Below, piece by piece: positions 1 through 9,223 of a stretch of 64,000 nt of DNA. Where the stretch lies: assembly GCA_964535655.1 (NCBI GenBank), contig CAZHTP010000002.1:90054-154053 (forward strand). Reading direction: 5' to 3'. The notes beneath the pieces are model-generated. The model was given only the letters and a program-made list of their open reading frames with translations. It did not search any database and was not told the origin of the DNA. Numbering within the stretch: the stretch's first letter is position 1; the number at the start of each line of letters is the position of its first letter. The position numbers were made by a program, and so were the translations under genes. This DNA is from an uncultured Gammaproteobacteria bacterium (lineage in GTDB: Bacteria > Patescibacteriota > Microgenomatia > JALYQM01).

Positions 1-2
1 CT

Positions 3-905
3 GACGATACTCCAGCCGGGATCGAGAGTGTTTATGGTAGTATTCCGATCATCAAGGAATATAAATCAAATATTACCCAATTGTTATATAAGCCAATTTT
101 TCCACTTGGTGCCTATCTAAATAATTTTGCGTATCAATTTAGTCACAGTTTTTACGGGCACACCAATTATATTGATGGTGTATTTAAAGATCAGGGGATT
201 TGGTATTACATTCCGCTTGTCTTTACAGTCAAAAACTCCGTTATCCTAATCTTTAGCTTATTCGGAGGGTTAGCGTTGCTTTTCACTCGTAAAAGGTCTC
301 AAAATCCGCTTTATTATTATCTATGGTTATGGATTCTATTAGTTCTTTTTTGGTCGATACAATCAAAAATACAGCTGGGTGTTCGCTACGTCATGCCTTT
401 TTATCCGTTCATGCTTATTGCAGCCGCAGCAGGGCTCTGGTATTGGTCCACAACAGTAGTAAATCAAAAATATGCTCATGTCGTAGTAATCATCTTGTGC
501 TTTTGGTACGCATGCACAACTTTGTGGACAAAAACGGCGTATTTTACATACATCAGCGAGCTGTATAAAGGTAATAATCCTATAGATTTAGTTTTTGATT
601 CAGACTACGATTGGGGTCAGGACGTATATTTAGTGCGTACTGAACAGAAAAGTAAGAACTTATACCCACTTTATTTTCGTCCCTATATTGGCGGTAATTT
701 ATCCTATGAACATATTCAAAGCGTTGATGATCCAGGAAGAGCCCTTGTTAATAAGAAAAATGGGTATTACGCATTTTCACATTCATCCCTTGTTAATGCG
801 CGTGAACATGAGCCAGCAGTATTCACATATTTTTATTCCCGTAAGCCACACTATATAATTAACCGAGTCATTTATGTCTACAAAGTCTCTTTTGATGAAA
901 AATAA
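3..905 (+). CDS. Polytopic membrane protein, C-terminal part of a GT-C-fold glycosyltransferase-like protein. The 5' end lies upstream of the window
   Basis: Reading frame is open from nt 3 to the listed ATG at 81 (no stop). Several TM helices (YYYLWLWILLVLFW...) are followed by a soluble tail. Only weak resemblance to PMT/ArnT-type enzymes. Confidence 0.35.
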   Translation, partial: DDTPAGIESVYGSIPIIKEYKSNITQLLYKPIFPLGAYLNNFAYQFSHSFYGHTNYIDGVFKDQGIWYYIPLVFTVKNSVILIFSLFGGLALLFTRKRSQNPLYYYLWLWILLVLFWSIQSKIQLGVRYVMPFYPFMLIAAAAGLWYWSTTVVNQKYAHVVVIILCFWYACTTLWTKTAYFTYISELYKGNNPIDLVFDSDYDWGQDVYLVRTEQKSKNLYPLYFRPYIGGNLSYEHIQSVDDPGRALVNKKNGYYAFSHSSLVNAREHEPAVFTYFYSRKPHYIINRVIYVYKVSFDEK

Positions 906-2136
906 CAAGTATTTAGTAGCGATAGTGCTTTTTTGTGTACTTCTTGGTGATCTAGGACGAATACCCCTTGGATCTAATCTTTTCATCAGTCTCTTGGACG
1001 TTTCAGTTGCCGTATACATAGCATTAGTAATCATGCCTATTCTTCACAGCAAAGAACCGTTGTTGAAAACGTATCTTACCTGGACAGTATTTATATTTAT
1101 AATAATGATTAATTCGCTTCTCTTCAGAAGTGCGAGTCTCCCCATCAAAGAAATTGCCATCGCGGGTCTATATCCAATAAGATGGTTTTTATACGCATTA
1201 ATTCCACTGGGAATTGTCATTACGGTCCAATCGCAGGAATTATCTCAAATTCAACTTCTCAGCTGGCTTCATAAAACAGTTATATATTTAGCTTTACTTG
1301 GATTCTTACAGTTAATCTTTTTTCCGAATTTAGGTATAATTCAACAATTCGGCTTTGATCCACATTATCTCAGGTTAGTAGGAACGTGGCTTGATCCAAA
1401 CTTCATTGGACTTGCTTTTATTTTAGGTCTGCTTGTAGTTGAAAGTACTCTTGCCAGCAGCAGCCGAAAATATGTTGTAATGGTTGCGCTCTTCCTTGCC
1501 TTGCTTGCAACCTTTTCTCGAAGCAGCTATTTGGGGTTTGCAATTTCAGGTTTAATTTACGCATTATTTCAAAGGTCTTGGCAAAAAGCAGGTATGGTGC
1601 TAGGAGCAATACTCGTACTCTATTTATCTTTTGCAATCCCTCGTCAAAACTTAGAAAAAAGCAGAAACATTGATCGAGTAGTCTCGGCAGGATCTCGATT
1701 ACAGTCGTATTCTCAGGGCATTCAGCTGTTTGAAATGCACCCCCTATTTGGCATTGGGTATAATCTTATACGTTTCGAAAAGAAGCAGCTCGGCATGCTT
1801 GACCCATCTGGCGGAGGGAATAGCGGAGCTGGAATTGATTCAAGCTGGATCTTAGTTCTTGCTACCATGGGTACAATAGGATTACTGACCTATCTTTGTT
1901 ACTGGATTCGCTTATTTTATCTTCTTATCGAGCCGGGTATCTCTGCTAAAACAAAAATGTTCCACTCCATATTGTATTCCTTAGTTCACGCTTCTCCACT
2001 TGAACATGCTGCAGCTGCGTTTGCTGTAGGGTGGTCAGTGCACAGTTGGTTTGTTAATTCATTATTTTTCACGCTTTTATCCACAATTTGGGGTATTGCT
2101 CTCGGAATAGTGTTTGTCAACAAGATTCAAAAGTAA
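874..2136 (+). CDS. Polytopic membrane protein, O-antigen ligase/Wzy_C-like
   Basis: 420 aa, ~10 TM segments, with a central periplasmic loop motif (FSRSSYLGFAISGL) reminiscent of the O-antigen polymerase/ligase family. Overlaps the upstream gene by 32 nt. Confidence 0.45.
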   Translation: MSTKSLLMKNNKYLVAIVLFCVLLGDLGRIPLGSNLFISLLDVSVAVYIALVIMPILHSKEPLLKTYLTWTVFIFIIMINSLLFRSASLPIKEIAIAGLYPIRWFLYALIPLGIVITVQSQELSQIQLLSWLHKTVIYLALLGFLQLIFFPNLGIIQQFGFDPHYLRLVGTWLDPNFIGLAFILGLLVVESTLASSSRKYVVMVALFLALLATFSRSSYLGFAISGLIYALFQRSWQKAGMVLGAILVLYLSFAIPRQNLEKSRNIDRVVSAGSRLQSYSQGIQLFEMHPLFGIGYNLIRFEKKQLGMLDPSGGGNSGAGIDSSWILVLATMGTIGLLTYLCYWIRLFYLLIEPGISAKTKMFHSILYSLVHASPLEHAAAAFAVGWSVHSWFVNSLFFTLLSTIWGIALGIVFVNKIQK

Positions 2137-2138
2137 TA

Positions 2139-2885
2139 TTACGGATTGTATGTAATTTTTCTTGATACATCAACGGATTTATTCCCAGCGTCATCTTTAG
2201 CATACATAGTTAGGATATTCTCACCTGGTTGTAGCTGCACTTTTTGCGAAAAACTTCCATCAGCATTAAGGATACCGCGCGATCCGTTTATGTAAACCTC
2301 GGTTGCTTCATCAGTTTTTCCTTTTACTTCGACTATTGTTTGCGATGCCCCACCAAAAGTGTCCCCGTTGTTAGGGTTACTCACATCCAACTTAGGCGCA
2401 CGAGTATCCAGGAAAACAGTATAAACAGAAGTAGATAAGCTTTTTCGACCGTTAGAATCTTTTGTATACGCTGAAAAGCTGTTAGAACCTTCTTGCATCG
2501 TGACATTGGCAAAGGTAAAGGATCCGCTATTATCGGCAATAACGGAAGGAGTTTCAGTGCCATTGAAAGTTAATTGAACAGACAATCCTGGTTCAGCTCT
2601 CCCTGTAATGGTAAGAGTTGCACTGTTGGTCGCATCAAATGGCAAAGAGTTAAAGCTCGGCCTTTGCAGTGGGATGGTAAGGTCGGTGTTCGTTTTATTC
2701 GGTACATTAGAGTTGCGTGTCGTATCCCATACATCGGCAATTTTAACCATAGCAGGAATTGCAAAATAGATAACTAGCACAATTCCAGCAAGGCAGAATA
2801 CAGAAATAATCGCAATTCGTCGAATTAAAGCTTGTTCGTGCTTTCGTGCAAGTAAATCTTTTTTGGGCATATATTGATTTTTCAT
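2139..2885 (-). CDS. Membrane-anchored protein with bacterial Ig-like/beta-sandwich repeats
   Basis: N-terminal TM helix, then repeated LTITGRAEPG...FTFANVT / VEVKGKTDEATEVYINGS-type Ig-like segments. The start is taken at an internal Met because the longest ORF (to 2897) runs into tRNA-Thr. Confidence 0.5.
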   Translation of the reverse strand: MKNQYMPKKDLLARKHEQALIRRIAIISVFCLAGIVLVIYFAIPAMVKIADVWDTTRNSNVPNKTNTDLTIPLQRPSFNSLPFDATNSATLTITGRAEPGLSVQLTFNGTETPSVIADNSGSFTFANVTMQEGSNSFSAYTKDSNGRKSLSTSVYTVFLDTRAPKLDVSNPNNGDTFGGASQTIVEVKGKTDEATEVYINGSRGILNADGSFSQKVQLQPGENILTMYAKDDAGNKSVDVSRKITYNP

Positions 2886-2891
2886 AATCTG

Positions 2892-2964
2892 AGCCACCTC
2901 CGGGACTCGAACCCGGGACCTCGGCTTTACGAAAGCCTTGCTCTACCACTAAAGCTAAGGTGGC
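2892..2964 (-). tRNA. tRNA-Thr (anticodon CGT)
   Basis: Cloverleaf read on the minus strand: GCCACCT-TA-GCTT-TAGTGGTA-GAGC-A-AGGCT-TTCGTAA-AGCCG-AGGTC-CCGGG-TTCGAGT-CCCGG-AGGTGGC-T. The 7-bp acceptor pairs, the T-loop is TTCGAGT, and the anticodon loop TTCGTAA gives CGT. Confidence 0.8.
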
Positions 2965-3422
2965 GCTCACTCGCATCAATTATACCAGTTAATATGCCAG
3001 CCTGGCCACTAAAGTAATCGTAGTATACCATCACAAAGCTGACAAGTAATGACAATCCGCACGAACTTGGTAAATTGGCCAATAATCGGTAACGACCAAA
3101 ATAGCTAACAAACTGAAATGAAGAATTCGCGTGACCATCGAGTATCTTGAACCACGCTCAAATTTCTTCTTTAAAATCTTAGTTAACTTTGGCAAACTCA
3201 AAGAATTGTATAATTGCTCCTAGATGGAACTTATTCATTTATCCCACTGCGTCTACCACTGTGATTACCACATCGTAACTCTTTTAGTGGAGCGGGAGAC
3301 GCAAACTATTTCGAACTCTCTGAACAACAGCTCTTTCAAACTCTAGCTCATTTTAGCAAACTCATGGAGTTATATCAACTTTCGAACAAGATAGATATCT
3401 TGTAAGCTCTTAATATACAATA

Positions 3423-3707
3423 TTAAGTTAACCTCTCTGTCGCTTTCAAAAATATCTCAGATTCCCTTGGATAAGTAATAAGTTCAGCAGTTTTCTCTCT
3501 TGAAAACCACCCGTGTTCAACAATCTTATCCCAGGAACCTAATTTAGCATTACCGGCAATTTCCAATAAATAGAAATGTGTTATTCCTTTTTTACCAGCG
3601 CGATCGGGTCTCGTATCGTCATATGTAAGCGTATTAATATATGAGGTGTCTCTGAATACAGACTTATCTACAGTTAAGCCAATCTCCTCATTTAGTTCCC
3701 TAACCAA
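3423..3707 (-). pseudogene. Truncated NUDIX hydrolase remnant (C-terminal ~94 aa only, TTG-initiated ORF)
   Basis: The peptide begins in the middle of the Nudix box (..VRELNEEIGL..). The frame upstream runs straight into the hicA stop codon with no Gly-rich first half of the Nudix motif, so the N-terminal ~50 aa are missing. Confidence 0.55.
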
Positions 3708-3752
3708 AGCACAGCATAAATAGTGTCGTTCATATATTGAGATAAAGTAATG

Positions 3753-3977
3753 TCATCTAGCTTCTTCTAAATCTTTAACCGTTAGTCCAGATTGTCGTAA
3801 AATCGCCCGGAGTGTTCCAGTAGGGATCGGTTTTGAGTGTACAGCTACTTGAGTCCATTTCCCATTTGGATGAGTAAGTTTTAAGTGACTGCCCTTCACG
3901 CCATTTTCTACAAAGCCTCGTTTTCTAAGAAGAGCGATGAATTTTTGCGGTTTAATATTACTAGGAATTTGCGGCAT
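3753..3977 (-). CDS. hicA: HicA-family mRNA interferase toxin (YcfA-like)
   Basis: Residues KPQKFIALLRKRGFVENGVKGSHLKLTHPNGKWTQVAVHSKPIPTGTLRAILRQSGL match the HicA fold signature (GSH..., H-x-K). The start is placed at the internal Met one nt after the hicB stop. Confidence 0.7.
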   Translation of the reverse strand: MPQIPSNIKPQKFIALLRKRGFVENGVKGSHLKLTHPNGKWTQVAVHSKPIPTGTLRAILRQSGLTVKDLEEAR

Positions 3978-3978
3978 A

Positions 3979-4251
3979 TTATAAAGCGAGTCGGACGCTG
4001 CTAGATACAAATACTTCTGCTGAAGCAATAATTTGTGTTTGAATATGATCTGTTGGTACTTCCTTGCCGTCCTTGGCTAAAGATTCAATTGCAAGTTCAA
4101 TACCATCTTTTATAGAGGAGAGTACTTCTTCGATAGTGTCACCGTAATCTACGACGTCGAGTGTTGGGCAATAGGCGTTATAGACCAAACTACCATCAGG
4201 ATAGCTCTCCGGTTCGATTATTATACGATAGTTTAATACCTGTTTATCCAT
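3979..4251 (-). CDS. hicB: HicB-family antitoxin (UPF0150/RNase H-like fold)
   Basis: MDKQVLNYRIIIEPESYPDGSLVYNAYCPTLDVVDYGDTIEEVLSSIKDGIELAIESL is a typical HicB N-terminal domain. It lies immediately upstream of hicA. Confidence 0.65.
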   Translation of the reverse strand: MDKQVLNYRIIIEPESYPDGSLVYNAYCPTLDVVDYGDTIEEVLSSIKDGIELAIESLAKDGKEVPTDHIQTQIIASAEVFVSSSVRLAL

Positions 4252-4422
4252 ACAGATATTATACCATGCTGAAAAGTGCTCTAACTCAATAATGTTTTTT
4301 ATTGATAAAAAACAAAAATAGAGCATTCAATAGAGAGTTTTGGGGAATAGCACATTGAACACCGAGATTAGCCCATTATATCAAGACATTATGCGTGTTG
4401 ATAACCAACACTTTTCATTCAG

Positions 4423-4494
4423 AGCGGAGGATGGGACTCGAACCCACGACGTCCACCTTGGGAAGGTGGCATTCTACCACTGAATTACCTCCGC
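4423..4494 (-). tRNA. tRNA-Gly (anticodon CCC)
   Basis: Minus-strand cloverleaf GCGGAGG-TA-ATTC-AGTGGTA-GAAT-G-CCACC-TTCCCAA-GGTGG-ACGTC-GTGGG-TTCGAGT-CCCAT-CCTCCGC-T. Confidence 0.8.
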
Positions 4495-4527
4495 ATTGTT
4501 ACACTCGTATAGTACTTGAGATTAACT

Positions 4528-5379
4528 TTATTGGCAAGTAAAGGTAAACGTATTCCCGGGATGAATTATGCCAGGGTGAATCAGTTTATTCTGCCTAGCT
4601 ATTGAACTCCACGCATAGCTATTAGTACATTTAGCTTGAGCGATACTCCACAGCGTATCACCATGGACGACCGTGTATGTTATAGCACCTTGAGGGGTTG
4701 TTTCAGCCGGCTGTAGAGGAGCAACGACAGATGCACCACCAATTGCTGGCGCAGGGCTCATGGAAGCTTTGGGAGTCGATGTCGGAGCTTGCGCTACTTG
4801 GCTTTTATCAGTTGAAGCTGCGGAAATCATCTCCACTTTAGGAACAGTAAGTACTTGCCCTTTTTCTAAAGTATTTGCGCGAGCAATTTTATTTGCAGTG
4901 GCGATATTCTTCCATTGATACCCGGTTCCATAGAACTTTTCTGATACTACCCACAATGAGTCACCTGCTTGTACTGTGTAAGTAGTAGGAAGTGTTTTAC
5001 TCTCAGTTACAGGAGCCGATGCTTGCATTACTTGCGGAGCAACACTCGCCTTTGGAGATGTAGCTGGAGAAATAGTAGGCTTAGTATTGACGGCTGTTTG
5101 AGGTGATGTTGTTACTTTAGCAGCCATAGTTACAACCGGTGATGGGCGAGTAACTTTGGCGGCGAGTACGCTGCTTGATGTTGCGCTCGGTGTTAATCCT
5201 TCACTCTTTGGCATTGAGGAGGAAACCGCAACTGATTTTTGTCCTTGATCCTTTATTAGTTTTGGAGTCTGATTATTAAAATAATTAAAAAGAAGAATTC
5301 CGGATACTACAACTACAAGAGCACCTAAGCCCATGCTTATCAATGAATCATCCCACTTTTTACCGTTATCTTCTGACAT
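4528..5379 (-). CDS. Membrane-anchored protein with two C-terminal LysM peptidoglycan-binding domains and a Ser/Thr/Ala/Pro-rich spacer
   Basis: N-terminal TM helix, and two LysM signatures (YTVQAGDSLWVVSEKFYG...VLTVP and YTVVHGDTLWSIAQAK...). Confidence 0.7.
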   Translation of the reverse strand: MSEDNGKKWDDSLISMGLGALVVVVSGILLFNYFNNQTPKLIKDQGQKSVAVSSSMPKSEGLTPSATSSSVLAAKVTRPSPVVTMAAKVTTSPQTAVNTKPTISPATSPKASVAPQVMQASAPVTESKTLPTTYTVQAGDSLWVVSEKFYGTGYQWKNIATANKIARANTLEKGQVLTVPKVEMISAASTDKSQVAQAPTSTPKASMSPAPAIGGASVVAPLQPAETTPQGAITYTVVHGDTLWSIAQAKCTNSYAWSSIARQNKLIHPGIIHPGNTFTFTCQ

Positions 5380-5428
5380 AATACCTCCAAAAAAACTAAA
5401 GAGGGCAGAAGTTTAGTAAAATTAATTG

Positions 5429-5502
5429 CGGACCCGAGCGGATTCGAACCGCCGGTCTTCGCCGTGACAGGGCGACGTGTTAGGCCTCTACACCACGGGT
5501 CC
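5429..5502 (-). tRNA. tRNA-Asp (anticodon GTC)
   Basis: Minus-strand cloverleaf GGACCCG-TG-GTGT-AGAGGCCTAAC-ACGT-C-GCCCT(G)-CTGTCAC-GGCG-AAGAC-CGGCGG-TTCGAAT-CCGC..-CGGGTCC-G. The anticodon loop CTGTCAC gives GTC. Confidence 0.75.
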
Positions 5503-5666
5503 AATAAAAAGGAGATTAACATATTCACTTTCTCCCGTCAATAAAACAAAAAGAGATATTTTTGAAAGTCCTGTGAAAATTAGTGTGAAAATATAAAATA
5601 ATTGCATTTTATAATATTAACGGTATACTTAAGATAATTATTCACCATTAAGGGAGCTCGTCATTT

Positions 5667-6230
5667 ATGGCACCGCTACTCATCGTAATAGCAATTATAG
5701 TAGTAGTACTACTCTACATTTGGTCTTTATATAACGGACTCGTCGTTTCCAAGAAACGGGTAGAAGTATCATGGAATGATATTGATATCCAACTCAAGAA
5801 AAGATATGACTTGCTGCCAGATCTTGTTGAAACAGCTAAAAAGGCCGCTAATTTAGATGAAAGTATATTTACAAAAGTTGCTCAGGTACGTTCTCAGGCA
5901 ATGGACACCGCAAAGACTACCGAAGATCCGACAGTCCGGGCACAAGTAGAGAGTCAGCTGAGCTCAGCAATAAATGGCTTGCGAGTAGCAGTCGAAGCCT
6001 ACCCTGATATCAAATCTCATAGCGAGTTACTTAATTTAATGAATTTAAATCGAGACATTGAAGACAAAATTGCCTACTCGCGACAGTTCTATAATCAAAA
6101 TGTTCTCGATTACAATACAAGAATTGCGGTATTCCCAGCAGTTCTCTTTGCAGCATCGATGGGCTTCTTACCGGCAAAGGCTTTCGAAGCAGCAGCTTCC
6201 GAACGTGAGGATGTGAAGGTCCAGTTCTAA
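5667..6230 (+). CDS. lemA: LemA family protein
   Basis: N-terminal TM helix followed by the characteristic LemA segment (YNGLV..KKRVEVSWNDIDIQLKKRYDLLPDLVETAKKAA). Confidence 0.75.
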   Translation: MAPLLIVIAIIVVVLLYIWSLYNGLVVSKKRVEVSWNDIDIQLKKRYDLLPDLVETAKKAANLDESIFTKVAQVRSQAMDTAKTTEDPTVRAQVESQLSSAINGLRVAVEAYPDIKSHSELLNLMNLNRDIEDKIAYSRQFYNQNVLDYNTRIAVFPAVLFAASMGFLPAKAFEAAASEREDVKVQF

Positions 6231-6346
6231 TCGATATCAATCCTCCGAGTATGAACGAAACCTTCATCCCGGAACGAAGTGATGGGATTACCTTAATTAA
6301 TAATAACCGTTCTTAGCTCATTCTCAGCAAGCAATATATAAAGTAT

Positions 6347-7270
6347 ATGGCGCTACCAACAGTTTATAACCAGATCAACGACAACAAGCACAAAACCTAC
6401 TATTTAATGGCAGGTTTTGTTGTTTTTATCTCATTAGTAATATGGGTCTTTGCCCGTGCGATGAATTTTGGCTCGGTCGATGCGCTTGGCATTGTCGGAA
6501 TCTCTTTCCTTCTTACTGGAGTAATTAATATATTTTCCTATTATTATTCAGATAAAGTTGTTCTCGGGCTGTCACATGCCAGAGAAGTAAGCGAATCTGA
6601 AAGCCCGCAGCTGTATCATTTGGTTGAAAATCTGTCTACAGGGGCAGGAATTCCTACGCCTAAGATTTATATTATCGAGGACAGTGCTCCCAACGCCTTT
6701 GCCACCGGGAGGAATCCGCAACATGCCTCAATTGCGTTCACGACTGGTATTTTAGAAAAGTTAGAGCGCAACGAATTAGAGGGCGTCGCAGCTCACGAAT
6801 TGAGTCATGTTCGCAATTATGACACATTATATATGACGGTAGTCGTGATCCTGGTCGGGATGATTGCATTAGTTGCAGATATTTTTATGCGATCGCTCTG
6901 GTATGGAGGCGTAGGGCGCCGACGGAGCGATAATAGCAGCGCGGGAAGTGGCGGTGGAATATTTCTGTTGATTGGAATCGTTTTTGCGATACTCTCACCT
7001 TTGATCGCTAATCTTATTAAACTGGCGGTATCTCGTCAACGAGAGTATTTAGCCGATGCTTCTGCAGTCCTTCTTACACGCCATCCAGATGGCTTAGCAA
7101 ATGCCTTAATCAAAATCGATTCTGATCGTGAGCCACTTGAAGTGGCGAATAAAGCAACCGCACATATGTACATTGTGAATCCTTTGAAAGACTGGTCAGG
7201 TAAATTAAATAACCTATTCTCAACCCATCCTTCGATTGAAGATCGAGTGGCACGATTACGCCAAATGTAA
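6347..7270 (+). CDS. htpX: Zinc metalloprotease HtpX (peptidase M48)
   Basis: Two pairs of TM helices, HEXXH zinc motif (EGVAAHELSHVRNYD) and the conserved C-terminal region. Confidence 0.85.
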   Translation: MALPTVYNQINDNKHKTYYLMAGFVVFISLVIWVFARAMNFGSVDALGIVGISFLLTGVINIFSYYYSDKVVLGLSHAREVSESESPQLYHLVENLSTGAGIPTPKIYIIEDSAPNAFATGRNPQHASIAFTTGILEKLERNELEGVAAHELSHVRNYDTLYMTVVVILVGMIALVADIFMRSLWYGGVGRRRSDNSSAGSGGGIFLLIGIVFAILSPLIANLIKLAVSRQREYLADASAVLLTRHPDGLANALIKIDSDREPLEVANKATAHMYIVNPLKDWSGKLNNLFSTHPSIEDRVARLRQM

Positions 7271-7450
7271 TAAAAGCCTATAGCTTTGTGCTTAATTGAG
7301 TATCCTTTGTCATCTTGCCTTTCTTTTTCAGCGTAGTAGAATCGTTACATGGATGACGATATTGATGCAATAGAAGAATACGATATAGATTTCTGGGTCC
7401 TACTTTTTCCGTAAGCCCTTCACAAACTGTGCTCAATAGCATAGAATAGA

Positions 7451-7753
7451 GTGTATAGAATTATGTCATTAACAAGAGACGACGTACTGCATATTGCTAA
7501 ACTTTCCCGCATAACTTTAACCGACACTGAAGTCGAAAAATTTAAAGACCAATTATCTGCCATTTTGGGTTATATCGACAAATTGAATGAGATTGATACT
7601 TCCGGAGTTGAGCCAACAATCAATACTACCGGAATAATCGACCGTATGCGCGAAGATGTAGAAAAAGCTTCCTTTAATCAGGAGGAAGCACTACAAAATT
7701 CCAAAGAAACTCATAATGGGTTTTTTGCTGTACCTAATGTATTTGATAACTAG
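7451..7753 (+). CDS. gatC: Asp-tRNA(Asn)/Glu-tRNA(Gln) amidotransferase subunit C
   Basis: ~100 aa with the GatC-like motif (LTRDDVLHIAKLSRITLTDTEVEKFKDQLSAILGYIDKL). Immediately upstream of gatA. Confidence 0.8.
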   Translation: MYRIMSLTRDDVLHIAKLSRITLTDTEVEKFKDQLSAILGYIDKLNEIDTSGVEPTINTTGIIDRMREDVEKASFNQEEALQNSKETHNGFFAVPNVFDN

Positions 7754-7762
7754 GAGACCTCA

Positions 7763-9223
7763 ATGGATACCACGAAGCTTACAATTAAAGACGCGCATGA
7801 AGGCCTAGTTTCTAAGAAATTTTCTTCCACTGAATTAACGAAAAATTACCTTGAAAAAATTAAAAAGCATAATGCTTCATATAATGTGTACTTAACTGTA
7901 ACCGAAGAAGTGGCGCTCCAACAAGCTGAGAAAATTGATGTGAAAATTAAGAGCGGAGAACTAATAGCACCTCTCGCTGGAACTCCCGCAGCAGTTAAGG
8001 ATGTTATTGTAACTAAAAACATTCGCACTACTGCTTCCTCGAGAATGCTTGAAGACTTCAAACCGCCGTACGAATCAACAACAACAGGCAGGCTTAATGA
8101 GCAGGGAATGGTCTTGCTTGGTAAAACTAATTGCGATGCGTATGCTTTTGGAGCTTCTACTGAGAATTCCGGGTATGGACCGACTAAAAACCCCTGGGAT
8201 GGTAATAAGGTGCCCGGAGGTTCAAGCGGTGGTTCGGCCGCAGCAGTTGCCGCCGATCTTGCGGTGTATTCAATTGGTACGGACACGGGCGGATCAATCA
8301 GACAGCCCGCATCCTTCTGCGGCTCAGTTGGTCTGAAACTCACCTATGGAAGAGGATCACGTTTTGGTTTGATTGCTATGGCCTCAAGCTTTGATACGCC
8401 TGGGCCAATCACTAAAACAGTCGAAGATGCAGCGCTAGTTGCTGAAGCAATTTCAGGTTACGATGAAAAAGACGGAACAACAATTGAATTACCAGTACCT
8501 AAATTTTCACAGAATATTTCACAATCAATTAAAGGAATGAAAATAGGGGTGCTCAAAGAATCATATGGAGAAGGAGTGGAAGAAGGTGTGAAAAAAGCGT
8601 TTGATCAATCGTTGCAAACCTTTCGCGAATTAGGAGCAGAGCTCATAGACATCTCAATGCCTAAATTAGCATACGGAATCGCGGCCTACTACATTCTTGT
8701 TCCATCAGAAATCTCATCAAATATGGCCCGGTATGACGGGGTGCGCTACGGACACCGATCAAATAATGCAAAATCCCTTCTTGAACTACAAATGCTTTCT
8801 CGTGGAGAAGTTCTTGAAGATGAAGTTAAGCGTCGAATTATGCTCGGCAATTATGCCTTAAGCTCGGGGTACTACGATGCCTATTATTTGAAAGCAGCTA
8901 AAGTGAGAACAGTTATTAAACGTGAGTTTCACCAGGCATTCGAAAGGTTAGATGCGATTATCTGCCCAACCAGCCCGACAGTTGCGTTTGATATCGGCTC
9001 AAAATCCGACGATCCATTGGCCATGTACTTGGCAGATATCTTTACTTGTCCTGTAAATATCGCGGGAATCCCCGGGTTATCGGTACCTTGTGGTTTTTCA
9101 GAAGGGTTACCGGTAGGATTGCAAATTATGGGTAAAGCGTTTGATGAAGAAACAATTCTTCGTATTGGTCATAATTACGAACAGGCAACAGAGTGGCATA
9201 CTAAATTCCCGGAGGTCAAATAA
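7763..9223 (+). CDS. gatA: Glutamyl-tRNA(Gln)/aspartyl-tRNA(Asn) amidotransferase subunit A
   Basis: Amidase signature (GGSSGGSAAAVAADL, GTDTGGSIRQPA). 486 aa. Confidence 0.9.
   Translation: MDTTKLTIKDAHEGLVSKKFSSTELTKNYLEKIKKHNASYNVYLTVTEEVALQQAEKIDVKIKSGELIAPLAGTPAAVKDVIVTKNIRTTASSRMLEDFKPPYESTTTGRLNEQGMVLLGKTNCDAYAFGASTENSGYGPTKNPWDGNKVPGGSSGGSAAAVAADLAVYSIGTDTGGSIRQPASFCGSVGLKLTYGRGSRFGLIAMASSFDTPGPITKTVEDAALVAEAISGYDEKDGTTIELPVPKFSQNISQSIKGMKIGVLKESYGEGVEEGVKKAFDQSLQTFRELGAELIDISMPKLAYGIAAYYILVPSEISSNMARYDGVRYGHRSNNAKSLLELQMLSRGEVLEDEVKRRIMLGNYALSSGYYDAYYLKAAKVRTVIKREFHQAFERLDAIICPTSPTVAFDIGSKSDDPLAMYLADIFTCPVNIAGIPGLSVPCGFSEGLPVGLQIMGKAFDEETILRIGHNYEQATEWHTKFPEVK

Noticed and set aside
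2965-3422. Possible structured ncRNA (RNase P, tmRNA, SRP) in the 458-nt gap next to tRNA-Thr
   Set aside because: No P4-like GGAAAGTCCGG, no tRNA-like CCA-end domain, and no SRP GGAAGCAGCC-like motif seen. More likely promoter or att-remnant DNA.
7846-8343. 165-aa antisense ORF inside gatA (and similar antisense ORFs inside dnaE at 13929-14489, uvrA at 45645-46016, and the PEP-utilizer-like gene at 35116-35685)
   Set aside because: Embedded in strongly supported genes on the opposite strand, with no independent signals.
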